Shown here piece by piece: positions 37,297 to 50,274 of a DNA stretch of 64,000 nucleotides; position 1 is the first letter of the stretch; every line of letters begins with the position of its first letter. The DNA is from Lophium mytilinum. Its lineage: Eukaryota. The position numbers and the translations under genes are program-made. The DNA is taken from contig MU004184.1 in assembly GCA_010093605.1 (NCBI GenBank), positions 2,118,801 through 2,182,800 on the forward strand, written 5' to 3'. Below the pieces are notes generated by a model. That model did not search any database. It worked only from the letters and a program-made list of their open reading frames with translations, and was not told the origin of the DNA.

Positions 37297-38319
37297 ATGC
37301 GCATCCACAGCCCAACAGTCCAGGCTCAGTCAGTCGGGGGCCCACACAACCAGCAAGACATACCTGGCAACGATGCGGATCTTGCGCAAAATTCGACAGT
37401 GACCATACCGGATAAGCGTGAGAAAGCCGTCCTGGAGCCCACTTCTCTAACTCCTCTAACGACTCCGACTACTGAACATGGGTTCAAAGAAGAGAGATCG
37501 TCGAAAGTCGATGAGATCTTTAACCACGTATGGCAGCAGGACGAACTAGAGGCGGCTGTCGACGAAGAGTCTACTTCACAATTCGCCGAGGAATCTCCAC
37601 ACAACACCGAGGATTCTTCTTCGCGGACGTCCGGACCATGGCAATTCTCAGTCCCCAAGGACTATGAAAAATATGATCGCGCTATATTGTTTTGGAGCGG
37701 CGATGACATTGAGGACTCACTACTACAAAGCCTCATGGGAGAGTTCGCCGACGTCCCATGCACGCAACCAGAGAGCCCCTACCACTTGGCTATCCCTTTC
37801 GCAGAACTGGCCAAGGGCATAACTAGGGACTCATGGTTGACCATTGCCGTATACCTACCTATGTTTTTCGAAGACGATACGGACGCTTGTTACGTGGTTC
37901 GAGGCCGCAAACTACACACGGATTTCGTGAAGGGGGTTTGGGGGACAGGGCCATGGAAAGGACGATGCTTCATAACGCCGATGGATGCGTATAACATGAA
38001 TAGTTTGTTTGGGGGAATAAGCTATCAGGCCCGCGATATGGTGACGAAGAGCGAGTTCCGTGGGAAGAGACATCGGTATCTCTTTGAGAGTGCAGTCGAG
38101 GCATGGAAACATGTTGAACTCGACCCGAATGCTTCTATTGAACATTCGGATGACTCCGAGGTGGAGAAAATGGATCCAGATGTGGTCGGGCCTCAAGCAG
38201 CTGCAGAGACGAGTGGAAATACAGAGTTGAGGGACGACGCAATGACCGTCCAAGACGATCCCGATGAGGACGACGAGATGGATATCGACGACACTGAATT
38301 ACTGGACGGACGGTGGTAG
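37297..38319 (+). CDS. Hypothetical acidic protein (340 aa)
   Basis: Long intronless ORF with a globular-looking central segment (YDRAILFWSG...WLTIAVYLPMFF...KGVWGTGPWKG). No family recognised. Confidence 0.7.
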   Translation: MRIHSPTVQAQSVGGPHNQQDIPGNDADLAQNSTVTIPDKREKAVLEPTSLTPLTTPTTEHGFKEERSSKVDEIFNHVWQQDELEAAVDEESTSQFAEESPHNTEDSSSRTSGPWQFSVPKDYEKYDRAILFWSGDDIEDSLLQSLMGEFADVPCTQPESPYHLAIPFAELAKGITRDSWLTIAVYLPMFFEDDTDACYVVRGRKLHTDFVKGVWGTGPWKGRCFITPMDAYNMNSLFGGISYQARDMVTKSEFRGKRHRYLFESAVEAWKHVELDPNASIEHSDDSEVEKMDPDVVGPQAAAETSGNTELRDDAMTVQDDPDEDDEMDIDDTELLDGRW

Positions 38320-39351
38320 CCCGTGTGGGTAGGCTACGATGTGTACCTGGCTAACGCTCTAACAGAAGACAGTACCACAACAGTGCCTTGTTCTACCAAA
38401 GGCGTCGGACGTAAGGATGCGTCACTTACCGGCATACGACGGGAGGAACAGGAAATCATTGTCCGACCTACTACTGTTACTTCATACGGTCGTTCTGGGG
38501 CTCTTGCATGTCTTCAAGCCATGTCATCGTTTTTCCACTCGGCGTTGTAAGCGGAAGTAGGGAGTGAAGTTGGATTACGGCGCAGGGATTCACCCTTGGC
38601 AGGATCTATCAGACTATTGCGGATGGGGAATGGCGGTATATGACAGAACTCGTTCTATAATTGACACCCGTACAGAGATGCTCATACGTGCTTGACACAT
38701 CGTCTTCTTACGTTGACTGAAGCATCCGAACAAACAAATGAGGGCTGCTAGAACTTGGCGTTCTCGGATGCCCGGCAAAGTGCTCTCGTTTCTATCAGTC
38801 ACAGATTGGCCCTAGTATGAAACGGCGCATTAAGGGTGCTTAATCCCTGGATATAGCTGGTGAGAGTTGGCAGAACACGAACCATGACGTCGGCCAGGGC
38901 CTTGAGATTGCAGCAATGTCCTGGAATGCACAGAGAGTACGCGTCCCACGGTGTGTAGCACCAGAATGCCATGCTGCCTTGTTCCGCATGCGTTCGTCAT
39001 TCGTGGACCCTTCCGAGCGAACTCTCATCGGCGGCCTAGCGCTCAGATCCGGCGAAGCTTAGCAGTCTTGGGAAGCTTAGCACTTTCAGCTGACCTAACA
39101 GGCTAAGAGGAGGCTGGTGGCTGCTGGTGGCTGGACGCCTTCGTCTTTCGCTCACCCTTCCGCTACGCTCCTCCCCCTCTTCCAACACCCTCTTTCGCCC
39201 TCTCCGCTCTTTGTCAACGTTTCGCCCTAGGTGTCCCACGCGATCGGCACTCTCTCCGACCTCATCTCCCCTAAGCGCATTCATATCTCTCTCCTGGCGA
39301 CCACCCCGCTCCATTGCGCCGCAATAGCTCCGTCCTCGATACAGCTCGACG

Positions 39352-41312
39352 ATGGCCTCAGAGCAGGCCGCAGCCCAGCCGGGCGAGAATGGCAATGCGC
39401 CAGAGACTTCAACGCAGAATGCTGCGTCCAATGACAGTTCTGCGGCGTCCCAGAAGCCTCTCAGAACGGAGTACCAGAAGCACGAGGAAGACAAGAAAGA
39501 CAACGAGAAGGTCGACAAGAAGGATGGCAAGAAGGACGACAAAAAGGACGACAAGCAGCCAGCGGGCGGTTTCGACGGCACCAAAGTTCCGCATGCGCCG
39601 CCAGGTTACACCGTCAAGTTCACCTTCCACCGCGCAACAAACCTCCCAATGGCCGACATCAATTCTCTCTCATCAGATCCCTACGTTCTCGCCCAAATAA
39701 ATACGAACTTGGAGAGCCGACACAAGGAAGATCCACACCTGCGCATGCGCACCAAAACGATCCGCAAAAATACCGACCCGGTTTGGGATTGCGAGTGGAT
39801 CGTTGCAAACATACCAGCCTCTGGATTCAAGTTGAAGGCGCGCATCTACGACGAAGACCCTGCGGATCACGATGACAGGCTCGGCAACGTGCATGTCACA
39901 GTAGGCCAAATAAATGAGCAATGGCCCGGAATCAAGGACCAGGCGTACCCGATCAAGAAGAGGATGGGTAGCAAAAGGGCATACTTTGTACGCGCAATTG
40001 CATCTTGTTTTGACAGAAATACACACATGACGGGACACTTGAACGTGAGTGTCGAGGTCCTGGGTCGGACAGAGGGCGACGAAGGAGGCAGGGCATATAC
40101 GATTGGGCCTTGCTGGTGGACAAAACACTACTCTCCGCTGCTCGGTCGCATAACAGGTAAGAAAGATGTGGGCGACGAGGAGAGCGAGAAGGCCAAAAAG
40201 AAGAACAAGTCACAGCAGTATAAGTAAGTTCACAGCATACGGTTCCCATGATTCTGTGACTGACCTCTCAAAGCTTCCAAGCCAACCAGTTCCAGCTCCG
40301 TGGCCCTGTCCCTGCTGATCTTTACCACCGCTATGTCGAATTCAAACCTTTCGTGAAAGGGATGTTCACTGGAAAAGGCATCGGGGGCTTCCTCCTTTTC
40401 AAGGCATTGCACCATCAACATGCTCGCGTTTACAACTTCGACCGTTCAACAGAGTACGACATTTTCCAACAGCCTTGCAAAGAAATGACTCTTAAATTCC
40501 TTGATCTCGTCCACTGGGATGAAGGCGGCCGTATCTTCACATACGTACTCACCCTCGACGCGCTCTTCCGCTTCACAGAGACAGGCAAAGAATTCGGCAT
40601 TGACATGTTGTCGAAACATACTATGCACAGCGACGTGTCCATATACATCGCCTTTAGTGGCGAGTTCTTCATCCGTAGACTCAGATATCCCGACCGCGAC
40701 CCACCTGATGAAGGCGGCGACAACCCTGCAAGTCCGCCTGATGAGATTGAGGGAGGCCCTTCTGAAGAGACCGTGCACAAAAACCCGGCCTACTACGAGC
40801 TTGTCATCGACAACGACAGCGGCACATATCGGCCAAACGCCAAGTTACTGCCCCAGCTGAAGTCCTTCTTCGAGGCTCAATTCCCCGGCCTGCATGTCTC
40901 GACGCTCGATTGCCAGGGCGACGCAGAGAAGATGGGCGCAATGAAGCAAGAGCAGCGCGATCGGAAGAAGAAAGAGGGTGATCACATAGTCTACCGACAG
41001 CTGTCGCGGAACAGCTCCATGAGCAGCAGCGATGAAGAGGAGCTAGATCGGTTGGCGGAGCAGGGTGAGCCCGATGACGGCAATGTCATGAGAAACGCGA
41101 AAAAGGAGATTAAGTATAAGCAGGACAGGAAAAAGGACAGACTCAAGACATACAAGCCTGGATATAGTCGCGAAGGAGTAAAAGGGACTGGACACGCGCT
41201 TGAAGAGAGGTTTGGGGAACACACTTCGAAAGGTGCGGAGAGCGAACCGGTACCCGGAAAAGAGAACGAGAAGATTGGTAGTCCGGAGGGCGCAGCTGTT
41301 GAAGGGCGGTAG
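39352..41312 (+). CDS. C2 domain-containing protein, 2 exons
   Basis: Exons 39352-40223 and 40274-41312. C2 motifs FHRATNLPMADINSLSSDPYV, TKTIRKNTDPVWD, IYDEDPADHDDRLG. Conserved fungal segment FTETGKEFGIDMLSKHTMHSDV...LVIDNDSGTYRP. Confidence 0.9.
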
Positions 41313-42111
41313 TGGTAGTGATGGGTTTTCTTCTGCTCTCATTTCAGTCTTTATTGGAAGCCTATCTTGCGATTCGTCTCCTTCCCTCAGCTCTAGGATC
41401 CCTCCATCAAAGAGCTTGTGGCATTGGATCCTGGAGGCACTCTTCTTTCCTTTTTCTGTTCGGATACCCCGTACTTTCTCTCTAAGTATCTCATTGGTCC
41501 TGGTGCATCTATCTCGTTACTTCTCTCATTCGTCTTTGATCTAGGATAGACGGCTACGCTTCACTGCTTCTTCGACCTTTGTATTGATTAATACTATTTA
41601 TTTTGTAATGTACTTGCCTTACTTCCAGTCTTCGAAAGCTTATTCTTTGCGCCGTAGGCTAACCCAACGCTTCAATCAATTCTATCCTTAGCATGTTACC
41701 TAGCACATGACCCAACTCCCCAACCCTCGAACTATCCACTTCTCCTCCTCTCCAACGTCCATCCATGAACCGAACCCTAGCCAAGGCAGACATCAACCCG
41801 CGCCTCACGACAAAATCAACGCCACCCCGATACACACCCGAGGCCGCCTTCGCCACACCCTCTCGAACCTCTCGAGTCTCTCGACGCTACCCTACCCGCT
41901 GCATTGCTGTCTTACACCCCTCACCAACCGATCCCACGATTCCCAGCAGCTCGCCAACCGGCGCTGTTGGGCGGCACATGAAACGAACTCTCCCGAGGAG
42001 GCACATTCCAACTCCCCTTCTGCGAACTCCCGGGGACCTGCATGGCGAACGACCCACCGCACCACACCATCCGCGCCTCATGCGCATGTGCGGGCGGGCC
42101 GAGCCCCAGCT

Positions 42112-42290
42112 GCGGGTCGGGGTGCCAGGAACGGGTAAGTTTGTTTCAGGAACACGGCGCCGCAGCGGGGGGTACATGGGAGGCGTAGCGCCTGGAAGCT
42201 CGAGGGCGGGTTGGGGTTCTGGAAACGGGTAAGTTTGTTTCGAGAACTGCGGCGCCGCAGCGGTTAAGGGGACAGATTTGAGGCGTAGCG
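42112..42290. repeat. Imperfect tandem duplication, ~94-100 bp period, in a GC-rich island
   Basis: The block GCGGGT(C/T)GGGGT..AACGGGTAAGTTTGTTTC..GAAC..CGGCGCCGCAGCGG..GAGGCGTAGCG occurs twice. Confidence 0.8.
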
Positions 42291-45200
42291 GGAAGGGAGG
42301 GGAGGGCGTGCGGGAGGCGCTGGGCACGTGGGATGGGGGTGCTGTGCCGCATGCGCCGCGAACTAGCCGCCCGCGCGAACGGTTGGAGGGGAGGGGAGTT
42401 GTGGCCTCAGGTTTGAGGATGGGTTTGGGGGAGTGGGTGCGGCGAGGGAGGGTTCATGTTAGGTTGTAAGGTATCGTGGATGAGAGTGTAAGTTTTCGTG
42501 GTTGTATAGAAGTGAATTGATAAACTACGCTAGACTGGATTCGGTTGGTATAGTATTTTCTTGCTTCGACGACATCAGTATGGTTTTTCGATGATAGCTT
42601 GTTTGTGCTAGGTTTTTCGTGTGATAGCTTCGGTCGTTTCGTATGATGAATGCTAGAGACGATTATCAGTCTTGAGTTCATTGACATATCTGCGGTGAGC
42701 CTGGCATCTCTCTTTGGAACAATTACTGCATTACTACTACGAGGTGCATATTAACTCCCGACAATTCCAGAAACACAGAAGAAGCACCATCGCTCTCGTG
42801 CACTATTCGTTCTCATCCCTACCTCATATCGCATAGCCTCATCATCGCACAGCTTCATCAATCGGGCTAGAGTTTACAATAAGAGAGCTAGTTCCTTGGG
42901 ATCTTATTTTTATTATTGGAAAGTTCAAGGATAGTGCAGCATTTACTGATCTCGTCCCTAGGGTGGCTTTAAGCTTTGAAATTTAAATGTCGGTAGTTAG
43001 ACAAGCTGAGGCTGAGCAGCGGGACGACGTTGGGGGTTGGAAGAAACGCTTACGCCCAGCATCGCTTGCGCCTTCGGAAATTGGGACCAACAACGATGAC
43101 TTGATGGGCTGAGAGTCGGACGTGTACCCAGATTTCTAGATCTCTACGTGTAGGACAACTTGATGTGGATCATATCATGCCTGCCTTTAATTGGAAGGAA
43201 AGGTTGCGTTGGAGATTGATATTGCGTGGAAGACGTGTGACTGCGGAGTACTTTTCTCTCTTAAACTCATAACATTATCATGAATGATAAGAGGGAAAGA
43301 GACACCAAGATGAGAAGAAAGAAAGCGAGGAAGTTATTGAGTTACCTCTTCTATTTTTTGTATTTGAAGCTGACAGGCAAATTGAACACCTTAACACCTT
43401 GCACTGTGGTTGCTTGAGTGATAGAGTGCGGAATCTTCATACGCTTGTGGGTATCAGAATGAATTTCAATCATCTGCTGTAACTGTTTGATGTGCTGTCA
43501 ATATACTCTGAGTCTCCGGTTACCTAAATAAGACCACAGTGTTGGGTCTTGGGAAGAGGAAGTGCAACGTTGAGATTTCTGATTAATTCTGGAGCTCCGA
43601 GGTTCTAACGAACTATTTGCATCTTCAGGTTCATATTAGAAGGTCAAGCATACTACTACCATAACAAGTGGTAGTAATAGTAATCTGAGACATGCCGAGG
43701 GGCGAAAGATGAGGAAGCAATCCACTTTCTGTTGTGCAGCCCCAGAAGTAAGATTGGTAACGCTGTCAAAATTACCCGATACGCGACGCTTACTAGACGC
43801 TGTAAGACGCCCAATGAGGGAATCGCATCGTACGGCAGACAAGTGACCAGATCGTGGCGGCCGTTTCAAGTAGATGAAATGAATGGGGTGGGCCATTTTT
43901 GGAGCTTGATTTCATATCAGCGGCGGGCAGTCCCGCCATACAGTAACGAATACGAGACCGAGTAATCGGATACTGAGAGACAAGGTAGGATATGGGGCGT
44001 TGTATGCGCCACTATAAGCGTGAGGGTAGATGATCACCTCGTATGCGCCTGAGGTTCTCATTTATCTCGAACTTGGGAGGTGGAGGATTGCGCGGAGTGA
44101 TCTAGAAACGGCGAGGGCTGGCGTGAAACTATTCTAGATGTTTAGTAACGAGGCACGGAAGCAGCGTGAATCCATGCCGGGCCCATGCTGTAATACTGAA
44201 TTCGGCACCGCGCTCGGAGCTGAGGCTCTAGACTATCCAGGTACCCGAAGCTGAGCCCAGGTATCGATGCAGTGGATACAGAAGTGGTACAATGAGGACC
44301 CGCCGCTGGGGCGCATGGCAACGAGCAACGCATTTAGAAGCGAAGTCAGAGAGAAATGATAATAATCAAAGAGGCACATGTACTACTGTCTATATCTGGC
44401 CTGTTGACTTTCATCAGTTTAGAACAGTAGTTGGTGTTGGCCCGTGTGTGATTGGTGAGGCTTCCTAATCCAACCATTCCACCACGCAAATTGCTGGAAA
44501 TGGGGCGGCTGCAGGGGGCGTCTAGGAACAGAACACCCGTATGGAAGCAAGCGGCGAGGCCACGGCGGGTGAGGCTCCTTCCGCCAGAGCTGAGGCCAGA
44601 GCTGAATTAAAGGGCCGCTGTCTGGCCTGGACCACGGCCTTTGGCTGGACTGGTCATGGTGTGAAGCAAGGCCTTCAGGAGGCTCGGCACGAAGGACCTC
44701 TTCCGGGGCAAAACGCCTGAGGTAGCAGATGGCGAGGGGAGGCGTGGGTGTTGAGCGAGCAGTGGATCGTGATGAAAGAACACATATCCGTATGTACTGA
44801 TGCGGCGATGAAGGGCGATGGATGCCCGGCATTCCCGGCCGAGTAGAGGACCAACCTGTGGAGCAGCCAGCACTGTGTAGGCTTTGAGGTCGTGAGCTTT
44901 TGATAGCGCGACTAGCCGTCTTAGGTCGCCGCTGTAGAGCTCTGTCGCCCCAAAGTCGCTTCAGACCTCCAAAGAAGGCAAAGAGGGACCAGACTGAGAG
45001 GTCATGGGCGCCGAGCTTCTAAAATTCGGGCTGGCTGCACTTGCCGTAGCGAAAAGGGCACAAAAGAGTGCACAATGTCTGGAGACTTGCATGAGCTGTG
45101 GTGAAGCATGACGCAAAGCTCAGGCAGAGAGTTGTGGATAGATTGGCCTGGCGTGTTGGATGCTTGGCACTCGTCGTTTTCCAGGGTCCGTCTCCCGGTC

Positions 45201-46241
45201 CACCTCCACACCACCACCTGGGCACTCCAAACAGCCTCCTCATCGAGCAGCGATCCAACTCGATCACCAGTGCGCAGGATTTGCTGCCCACGCTCTCTGA
45301 CGATGTCGGCCAGCCCCAAGAAGCGCGAGAATCGCCGATGATGGGTGGCGCCATCATTCCGCTTGGTCATAGCTGGCAGGCGACTGTCTGTGAACGTCGC
45401 CGTCTGCATCGCGCAGGCTAATCGCTCGGGGGACGTCTCTCCCACAGCAGCAGCTCCTTCGCTCCGTCGACGCCGCTCCAGACAGCCCGGCCGCCGCAGC
45501 TGACGGATTCTGCCATGTTCGCGAAGATAGGAGCAGCGTACGACGTGGAGAGGCCTCCAGCACTGCGATGGATGGATGCATGCGAATGGCGCTAATATAC
45601 GCCCGTTACGCGGGCCGCGGGCAGAGTCTCGAAGGTCGAGTCCCGAGCGAGCAGTGTGAAACGGGTGTCGGCTGTCAGCAGAGTATGTGGTTGGCCCGTC
45701 AAGAATAGAGAGCTGACTGCTGCGCGAGGGCCGTGGCAATGCTGCGCCCCCAGCGTCCAACCCTCGAGAGCTTTTGCTGGTGGAGGACTGGTGGGCTCGG
45801 TGGGGTGCCATCGCTGTGCTATTTTTGCTGCGCCAACACCAGCCCCCAGGCCCCCAGACTTCCGCCGTACACCTTGTCCCTGTCGGCGTCACGATCGTCG
45901 GCTTCCCTCGTGCTCCCTGGCTCGTAGTCCGGACCCCGGGCACCTGGGCTGACTTCACGGCCATTGCCTCACCCACCACCACCGGACGAGGCGCTCTGTG
46001 CGAGAGGCGCAGACGGCCTAAAAAAGATACATAGCTATGCCATTCCTCTACCCTCACCAGCCTGTTGCTTCCTCTCGCCGTGCCAAATGCAGTGCTCCCA
46101 AAACTTACTCTCACCCGGACATCTGGGTACCGACATCTGACATCTCATTTCACCTCCATTTCCTCTTCTCAGCATTTGCAATCCCCATCAGCCCCTCTGT
46201 CTACTTGGGGTCCTGTCTCTTGTATATTGCCATTATTCGCC

Positions 46242-49200
46242 ATGACTTCTGACGCCCCCAACCTCGATATATCGCTGCCTGTCAAGTCTTCTTCCCTAAA
46301 ACACCACAGCTTCCCCTTCTTCAACAGACGCGAGTCGACTCCAACATCAGTTGCCCGACCACTTAGCTTGCGCAGTCCGTCGTTCCATCACAGCATGCGG
46401 TGGAAGCCATCCAGGAAGCACGACGCAAAAAAGACCGGCACTATCCTCCATGCCGTTCCAGAGGCCGACGCACCTTCGGCTCCCCTCCCACAACAGGTAG
46501 AGCGAGATGCAGCACCGTCGCCCAATGACGAGATACTCAACGCCATTGGCCGCCTACAACCATCCCCGGACAGCACGTCTCGCCCAAACACGCCTCATTC
46601 GTTGCGCACCTCGTCGTCGCGCGCAAACAGTGTGATGTCTTCCCCGTTCTCGCCTACGAGGAGTCGCCGGGAGAAATCCAGTCCGTTCCCAAGCCCTAAG
46701 GTTGGAGTATGGAAGAACGGAAAAGCGCATTGGGATTCTACACCTAGTATTCCTTTGATTGCCAACGCCAGCGACGCATTCGTCGAACTTGAGACTGCGC
46801 CGATAATCGAAAACGCTCCCGCCGAAAAGAAAAATGGCAGGCCCAGAATACAGGTCATCATTCCTAATGATCAACGAGCAATGCCCTTCCTAGCTCTCCC
46901 TCCCTTCGGCCAAAGCAACAGCCTATCTCGCCATAATCCCACAGACGTAGGTTCCGGAGTATCACCACCCTCAGGAACCCGAAAGCTTCCACTGCGTACA
47001 TCTGTAGTCTCGCCGCTCATGACACAGACACTAAAACCAGTGAGACCAACTACCGACCCTTCGTCGCACTTAGCCATCACCGAAGAGCAGCCCGGATCCT
47101 CGGGGGCAGGTCATATACCCCTACCTTCCATGTCGACATCTGATGAGGACTCCCAGATTGAAGACGACGCATCTTCCAACTACAGCAGGGACTCATCCCG
47201 GACTAGCATGGACAGTGCCAGCAGCCCACAAGAAGTGAAACCGGTTAGCTTGCACTCACGTTCAGGGAGCCTCGCCTTTTCCATACGCTCTCCAGTGGCT
47301 GCGGGTGTCTTCGATGATAATGCGTCTACGGTGCGAAGGACAGTTTCGCGGCAGTCAACTTCTCAAAGTGTCGAGGTCTGCTTGCAGGTCCCCGTGATAG
47401 ACGAATCCCCTGTACTTGGAATGTACTACCAACATAAGTCCCCACGAAAGAGCCACAAAGCCTACGACGTTCTTGGCGTTTCCCGTCCACAGCGAGGAGC
47501 TTCGATTAAATCCCTCTCAACATGTCGGCAATCGGGAGTCCAAAGGCGCACATCATCTTGCGGTCTATCTCGAAGAAGTAGCACGTCTTTGAAACAAAAA
47601 GAACTCATCGAGCGATCTCTAACGAAGCGTCTACCACCAACGCCATCAAGCCCTACTCTTAGCGAAGCTGAACACGATCTTGAGCACCACCTTACAGCCA
47701 TTACCGACGAAAGCGCTTACAGCCCCTTTGGTTTGGAGCCAGCCGCGGACCGCACGGTCGAAGTTGAAGAGGATGATCTTTACGCAACCCCTGCTCCTGC
47801 TGTACCTCGAAGATCCAGCAAAAGGAATACCATCTTGTCCACCAGCCTCTTTCCGGCATCTCGCTGTCCTTCTAAACATATCGCTTCCCAATATCAACAA
47901 CAAGCCAAAAGCCTTAGTCCGCCTGCTCCCACTGATGGACTCAAGCGTTCATGGAACAAAGGCAGAGGGCAACATCTTACCGTCGCCATTCCCGAGACTA
48001 CAAAACGCTTGACGAACGACTTCACCTTCTCGCCCATCCCCATTCCAGAGCCTACGCGAGATACCAACCGTAACATTAGCCCGGAGGTTGCCGAAGGAGT
48101 AATTTTTAGCATCCTTGAAAATCTAGAGAGTCTGGACGACTTGTTTGCAACAGCAGTCGTCAACAAGGGGTTCTACCGGGTCTTCAAGCGTCACGAACTA
48201 AGCTTGATGAAAAGTGCTCTCCGAAAAATGTCTCCTCCTGCCTGGGAGCACCGCGAGATCTGTCCTCCTGATAGTGAGGACCAGGATCTAGAGTCGCCAA
48301 AGCAAGTTGATTATACGCCAACCTCCTACCTGCAGTACTACATACGCGACATGTATATCATTGCTGCGCTTAAGTCCTTGATCCTTGACCAATGCCAATC
48401 ATTTCTCCGCCCAGAGACGGCGGCTGCACTCGCCAGCAACGACCAGGTCATATCTTCCGGCTTGGATGATACCTTTTGGCGTATATGGTCATTTTGCAAG
48501 CTCTTCGGATCTGGTAAAGGACGTGAAGACGATGTTGTGGCTCAGATGGACTGGTTAAAGGGAGGATTACTCGTCCACCAAAACGGCTGCCAAGGGACTA
48601 TTTTTAGTACCCATTCAACTGATGTTAGCAGCATCCTTGCGACCGCCCCAGAACACTTCGCGAAGGGCAATGCGGGCGGCCTTACGACAGAGCAGCTCTA
48701 CGACATGACGGAGCTATGGAATTGCCTCGGGGTCCTGCTGCAGGGGTTCGAAGGTCGAACCGAGCAAGCACGAGAGCATGGCGTCTACGAGTCAACGGAC
48801 GTGCGTGGAGGTGATGTTGACGGTGAAGAGTTCATGCTTGGTAAGATAATTCAGTAGTCTTCTCAGTGACAGTGTTCTGACGCAATGCAGAGGAGTGGTA
48901 TCACTACCTTCTCACCCTCGGCCTCTCCGCCATTCTCGACCTGGCCACGCCTTCGAAACTGCCAGATGCGTCTTTGTTCGTCCTAGCATCGGAGAATGGA
49001 TGGGTTAACTGGAAAGCTCCCCAACACGGTGGATCCCGCAAAACTTTCCTCAAAGAAGCAGTCTCGCGCGTGTATGAGGACAAGATCGCAGCCTCCTTCT
49101 CCTCTCAAGGACAGAAGGAAATGATCAGACAGCTCTCCAAGCAGCGAATCCAAAAACACATCCTAGAAATACGCAAGAGGAAGATGACTGGCGAAAGCAG

Positions 49201-49585
49201 GGAGGTGCGCATGAGCCAGGAAAGGCCCATGAGCAACTGGGAGAGTGTCTTCACTAGATTCGCGGGTCCACAGCCCCCGGCTTCCCGTGCAACCTCAATG
49301 AGCTCGCCACTGTCTGTGAGGTCCCCCCTCGCGGCTGTCCCAGAAACAAGTAGCCTCACGAGCTTGGTACCACCTCCCCTGGAGAACCACCCTGCCTTCC
49401 TGCAGCACCCGCTACAACAGCAAATCAACCAGTCGAGCAGTGCCGAGAACACCGCTGAAAAAGCGATCTATCGCATCGTCGAGATGGGTTTCACAGCCGA
49501 CCAAGCCCGTCACGCGCTGCGCATGACTGATATGGGCGACGGCCTTCGAGTTGATAGGGCAGTGGAGTTGCTCCTGCGAGCATAA
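46242..49585 (+). CDS. Large S/P-rich protein with an F-box-like segment and a C-terminal UBA domain, 2 exons
   Basis: Exons 46242-48840 and 48891-49585. F-box-like PEVAEGVIFSILENLESLDDLFATAVVNKGFYRVF. UBA AIYRIVEMGFTADQARHALRMTD...VDRAVELLL. Confidence 0.85.
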
Positions 49586-50274
49586 AATTCTCATTCTCGT
49601 ATATATTTTTGAAGAGTACAACTTTTGATCACATTCGCTAGTGTTAGTGTCCATTTCGCTGCTCTGAGAGTTTCTTTGTCAAGGGCGTTTGCTTAAGAGT
49701 GGCATGGGTCGCTTTTGTTTGTTGGACTCCATTACTTATGATACCCCATTCGCTATCAAAATCTATCGCTGGTAAAAGTTACCAAAGCTTCAAGATATTC
49801 GTTGGAGAGCCTGCATCTCATTTGGTTATAGTCTGTGGGAGGGCGTGTTGTGTGTATATTAGGAAACACTGGAAGTCGCAAGAGCGATGAAATTGAACCT
49901 CATAATTCCTATTCGTGCACAGATAATGTGATAGCATGAATGCCCGCATATACTAAACATATGTACTGTCTACAGTTAGCCCACCATGTAGCTGCTCTTA
50001 TCCGTTCAGGGTACATATTAAGAATAACTCAGGAGAAGTAACATGCCTAAGTATTCTCAGTTTGTGAGCCAGTAGAATCTTTTCCATATCGTTAATCGTG
50101 ATGTGTACTTGACCAATCACATACAGCTACAAGAATCACGTGCAAGCCTCAAATTTTTGGTGGATTCGCGAAGATCACCTGCACTTGCAAGTGGAAGAAG
50201 TTGCGACGACAACCAACAATCCTCAACGACCCGAATGGATCGCACGCCGACCCTGCAACTGCGAATGGAGAGTT

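Noticed and set aside
45002..46114. 370-aa minus-strand ORF
   Set aside because: Non-ATG start and Arg/Ser/Pro-rich composition typical of a chance ORF in a GC-rich promoter region. No domain.
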